This document shows positions 59,563 through 64,000 of a DNA stretch of 64,000 bases, piece by piece. The number at the start of each line of letters is the position of its first letter. Position 1 is the first letter of the stretch. This DNA is from Scyliorhinus canicula. Lineage: Eukaryota. Position numbers and translations under genes: made by a program. The DNA is taken from positions 2,184,403-2,248,402 of the forward strand of contig NW_024055499.1 of the NCBI RefSeq assembly GCF_902713615.1, in the 5' to 3' direction. The notes under the pieces are model-generated. The model saw nothing but the letters and a program-made list of their open reading frames with translations. It searched no databases and was not told where the DNA came from.

Positions 59563-60180
59563 GTAGAATCTGTACAGTGCATATGGAGTCCATGCGGTCC
59601 ATTGAGTCTGCACAGACCCTTCTAAAGAAAACTCTACAGATGCACTCACCCATCAATCACGCGCTATCTCTGCAACCCCATAATCGAACCTGCACATCCA
59701 TGCACACTAAGGGGCAGTTTATCATGGCCAATCCACCAAACCCTCACTTCTTTGGACTGTGGGAGAAAACTGGAGGAAAACCATGCAGACACCGGGAGAA
59801 CTTGCAAACTCCCCACAGACAGTGACTGGAATTGAACCTGGGTTGCTGGCACTGTGAGGCAGCAGTGCTAACCACTGTACCACCATACCATCCGAGCACT
59901 GAGGCCTCAGCGCCAGGGACCCAGGTTTGTTTCTGACCTCGGGCGACTGTCTGAGTGGAGTTTGCACATTCTCCCTGTGTCTGCGTGGGTTTCCTCCGGG
60001 TGCTCCAGCTTCCTCCCACTGCCCTAAGATGTGCAGGTTGGGTGCCTCGGCCATGCTAAAATTGCCCCTTAATTTGTCCAAAGATTAGGTGGGATTATCG
60101 ACATTGGGGGAAGTGGGCCTAGATAGGGTGCTTTCAGATGGTTCATGCAGACATGATGGGCTGAATGGCCACATTCTCCA
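59563..60180. mobile_element. Two HE1-like SINEs in opposite orientation (59563-59890 minus, 59895-60180 plus)
   Basis: HE1 body motifs on both strands. Confidence 0.8.
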
Positions 60181-60186
60181 CCATTG

Positions 60187-60368
60187 GGGCTGGTTTAGCT
60201 CACTCAGCTAAATCGCTGGCTTTTAAAGCAGACCAAGCAGGCCAGCAGCACGGTTCGATTCCTGTACCAGCCTCCCCGGGCAGGCGCCGGAATGTGGCGA
60301 CTAGGGGCTTTTCACAGTAACTTCATTGAAGCCTACTCGTGACAATAAGCCATTTTCATTTCATTTCA
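60187..60368 (+). mobile_element. Short tRNA-derived SINE, full length
   Basis: GGGGCTGGTTTAGCTCACTCAGCTAAATCGCTGG...GTGACAATAAGCCATTTTCATTTCATTTCA. Confidence 0.9.
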
Positions 60369-60929
60369 TAGGGATTCTATGTTTCTAATTAGGAGCAGGA
60401 AGAGGCCACTTGGACAAACCGGCTCCCTAACCTTTGACTCAGTTGTAGGTAGAAATCTCTCAGAGGGAGAGAATTCTGCCGGCTCTCTGAATCACAATTT
60501 CGCCACATCTCTGTCTGAGACTCTTATTTTTAAACTGTCCCTGCAGATTGAGATTTCCTGTGAAGAAAAATCATTTAAGCAGTTACCCTGTCAAGCACCC
60601 TCAGAATCTTCAAAACTACCTTTCATTCATCTAACTCCAATCAGTTATAGAGACCCCGTCCAACTTTCCCCCATAAAACCCTTCATACCAGGTATCAGCT
60701 GAGTGAATCTTGTCTGAACTGCTTCCAATGTCAGTGTATCCCATATTCTGTAATCCTGCACCAGGAAACCAGAGAGGATGTTATGAATTTATATCCGGAC
60801 TTTGAAAACTCCTTTCAGAGGGAGTTAGAAGGGGAGGATTTACACACAGCAATCTCAAATTTAAGTTAAAATGTTTCTCTTCATTTCTAACCACAATTGA
60901 CACATGACTCTTGTAATCTTCTTTTGCAG

Positions 60930-61045
60930 GGAGTGAGAAGGTTTGAAGACTGAGAATTTTCTCTGATTCCAGTGCTTCTGATATCTTTCCAGCTGCAGCT
61001 CCAGCAGGTGGTTTGAAATTTGAAAACAGTGAAATTGTTCCAGAG
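60930..61045 (+). other. Candidate non-coding 5' exon of ZNF-E
   Basis: Acceptor CTTCTTTTGCAG and donor GAG|GTGAGT, lying between the promoter module (59400) and the ZNF exon (63629). Confidence 0.4.
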
Positions 61046-62251
61046 GTGAGTATTATTGAGCATTCATCTATAATTTAAAGTTTTTAGCATTGTGCTTTGT
61101 TATCTGTGCTCTGGTTTCAGGGCTCTGGGGCAGGTTTGTCTCCTTTACTGTGGATCTGAATCCATGTTCACACATTGCTCTGTTTCAGCTCTGCCCTCCC
61201 TCATCACCTCTCTGCCATTGTTTAACGTTTTCTGCCTCTAATAGTGGATTTATTTTAACCATGTTTGGTATTTTATTGTTATTTCTTCCAATGTGTCTCA
61301 ATGAAGATTTCACTGCTGCCCATCGCTTGGCTATGTGCTGCTGATTTACCATCTTTATCTTCCCATGGTCAGGAATTGTTTTTCCTGCACTAGAGATCAT
61401 TTCTCTTCTGTTCATCAGCTAATATTAACCATCAAATTCTGCACCATATTTATTCCGTGTAATTGAAGATTTGAGATTACTATCAGACCAGCCACGACCT
61501 TATTAAATGGTGGAGCAGGATTGAGGGGCTGAATGGCGACTCCTGCTCCTTGTTCTTATGTTTATTGATTCTGTCACCCTGAGATGTTAAATCTGTTTCT
61601 CTTGCCACAGTTACTCACTGACATAATAAGTAGTTTCATTTCAGAATATTTTTATTTCAGATTTTCAGCAACCAGTATTTTGCTATTATTTTGTTGCAGA
61701 CATTTCTCACAGAAGCAAGTCTAGAAGCAGAGATAGACCAATTAAGAACTGATTTGTGTTGGGGGGGGGGGGGCGGGGGCGTTGTTTGTGGAGGTTAGTA
61801 TCTGGCCTCCAGTTACAGTCCTTTTTCACAGAATCATTGAATGATTACAATGCAGATGGAGGCCATTCAGCCCACCATACCTATGCTGCCTCATCCCACT
61901 CCCCTGCCCTTTCTTCACTTCCTTGCAGTGTTTTTTCTTTCCAAGGTCTTGTCCAATTCCCTTTGGTTTGTTCTATCAGTTTGGCTGGAATGGAGATGCA
62001 GGAGAAGCTGCTGGGTTTAACCCCGAGGACTTTGTAACCCAGTATTGAGCAATAATTTCAGATGTGAAGTTGTCAAGGGAGGTACGGGGAACGGCACTAA
62101 GTCATCATCCTCATTTGGAGATCCGGTGCAGACACAATGGGCCTTCTGCACCCTAACAATTCAGTGATTGGGTGATCTATAATAGTTTGCTCTGTGGCCA
62201 GCTGTTCTTAAGAAACTGCCCCCAAAACACTCTCTATGTGCTCATCTGCAG

Positions 62252-62460
62252 GGAAGCACGGTGTTGCAGTGGTTAGCACTGCTGTTTCACGGCACTGAGG
62301 ACCTGGGTTCGATCTCAGCCCTGGCTCCCTGTCCGTGTGGAGTTCGCATATTCTCCCCATGTTTGTGTGGGTTTCACCCCCACAACACAAAGATGTGCAG
62401 GATAGGTGGATTGGCCGCACTCAATTGGAAAAAATGAACTGGGTACTCTAAATTTAAAAA
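62252..62460 (+). mobile_element. Partial HE1-like SINE
   Basis: GGGAAGCACGGTGTTGCAGTGGTTAGCACT...GGGTTCGATC...AAAGATGTGCAGG.TAGGTGGATTGGCC. Confidence 0.8.
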
Positions 62461-62849
62461 AACAAATGAGCTCATCTGCCTGGCTACCTTTGCCAATCTG
62501 ATTTCCACAATCTATATGTGGATAAAAATCACATGATTATTGCAGTACTTTTCTCACAAGCCCTTATTTCTTCCTGTATTCTCCGTCCTACAGTGTGGTT
62601 ATTGTTAGGGGGTGCCTAGAAACTACTCCCACAAGTGACTTCCTACCTTTATCATTTTCTATCGTTACCCAATGTGATTGTACATCTTGATCTCCAGAAC
62701 TAAGGTCATCTCTCTCTATTGTAATAATGTCATCCTTAATTAACAGAGCTGCCCCACCGCATATTCCCAGTTTCCTGTCCTTCTGAAACGTCACGCTCCC
62801 TTGAATATTCAGGTCCCAGCCTTTGTCATCTTGCAGCCGTGTCTCTGTA

Positions 62850-63390
62850 ATGACTATCAGATCACAGTACCTGGAGTACGGTGCACACTTTTAATCTCCT
62901 TCACTAAGGAGGGTGATTCTTGCATTGGGAGCAGTTCAGAGAAGGATCATTGGGCTGATTCCTGGGATGAAGGTGTTGTGTTGTGAGGAAAGGTTGGGCC
63001 TGGACTCATTGGAGTTTAGAAATGATCATATTGAAACAAAAAAGATTCTGAGGTAACATGATAGGGGAGATGAAGAGAGGATGTTTCCCCTCATGGGGGA
63101 TTCAGGAGCGAGTGGGCAGATTGTCAAAATAAAGGGTCCCCATTTCTGATGGAGATGAGGGGAAATGTCTTCCCTCAGAGGGGGGTTAGTCTTTGCAATT
63201 CTCTTCCCCAGAGAGAAGTGGAGGCTGCATCATTAAATATATACAAGGCCCAGTTAGAGTTTTGATCAAAAAGGGAGTCGAGGGTTACGGGTGACAGGAA
63301 GAAAATGAAGTTCAGGTCACAATCCGATCAGCCATGATCTTATTAAATAGAAAAGCAGGTTTGATGGGCTGAATGGCCTTCTCCTGCTCT
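62850..63390 (+). mobile_element. CR1 LINE 3' fragment
   Basis: Degenerate LEY.(VH)F.SP, ALGAVQRR...LIPGM motifs and CR1 tail. Confidence 0.65.
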
Positions 63391-63628
63391 TATTTCTGAG
63401 GATATAAGATCTCTTGGTCGAGAACAGGAAACGCTGAGTGTTGATCTGGCGATCAGCGTGAATTAGCACCTTCTGGAGAATAGGCAGTGTGTATCTTAGA
63501 TACAGCAGAGAGAGAATGGAGGGAGAGAGAGAGATAGAGTGTGTTTGTGTGTGAAAGTAACTAGAATTGTCTGTTCTGAATTTTTGAGCTGTACTGACAG
63601 TGATGATATTTGTAAACTCCTTTAACAG

Positions 63629-64000
63629 GATATTCAAAGGCGAGTATTTGCAGCAATAAATCTCAAACCAAACTTCACATCAAGATCTGACGGAGTCGGC
63701 CATTTTACCATCAGTGTGACTGGAAAAGCACCGAGACTCCCGCACCAGGGGGAAACCGTGAGGATTGTGGGAAGGGATTCACTTCCCCATCTGAGCTGGA
63801 AACTCATCGACTCACTCACACAAGAGACCGTTCACCTGCTCTGTGTGGGAAAGGATTTACTGCTTCATCCAACCTGCTGACACACCAGTGAGGTCACAGC
63901 GGGGTCACACTGTTCACCTGCTCTGTGGAGGAAGGGAGTTACTACTTCATCCAGTCTACGCAAACACCAGCAAGTTCACACTGGGGAGAGATTTGTCCTT
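63629..64000 (+). pseudogene. Degenerate ZNF paralogue ZNF-E (runs off the window)
   Basis: Family acceptor TTTAACAG|GATATT, leader remnants and broken fingers (GATTGTGGGAAGGGATTC, TTCACCTGCTCTGTG, CACCAGCAAGTTCACACTGGGGAGAG) with indels. Confidence 0.75.

Noticed and set aside
1397-62460. tRNA-like A/B-box sequences
   Set aside because: All are heads of multi-copy SINEs without cloverleaf acceptor stems, so no tRNA gene is called.

Overview
Cartilaginous-fish (shark) genomic DNA; the SINE repertoire suggests a catshark-like species, but that is inference only. Positions ~6.5-31.9 kb hold one complete, unrearranged cluster-type IgM heavy-chain locus on the + strand: leader, VH-23RSS, 12-D1-(20), (11/12)-D2-12, 23-JH, a 15-kb J-C intron, Cmu1-Cmu4 with secretory tail, TM1 and TM2. 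As written the locus is defective: a 2-nt deletion in VH, a 1-nt deletion in Cmu4, a short D1 3' spacer and a damaged D2 5' heptamer. It is either a young pseudogene or carries consensus indel errors. The J-C intron is dominated by strand-asymmetric tandem arrays. Directly upstream of Cmu1 these include a 1.6-kb G-rich 20-mer array dense in AID-hotspot motifs and a 29-mer AGCT-rich array derived from a SINE head. This resembles a tetrapod switch region in position and motif content, although sharks are not known to have S regions; it is the most interesting signal here. Positions ~32-64 kb are a tandem cluster of KRAB-less C2H2 zinc-finger genes (two intact, one frameshifted, several relics) sharing a fossil-finger 5' leader and YY1/NRF1 promoter modules. 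The rest is SINEs (HE1-like and others), CR1, RTE and L1 LINE fragments and a Gypsy-like relic. All coordinates were counted by hand; repeat and TE boundaries are approximate.
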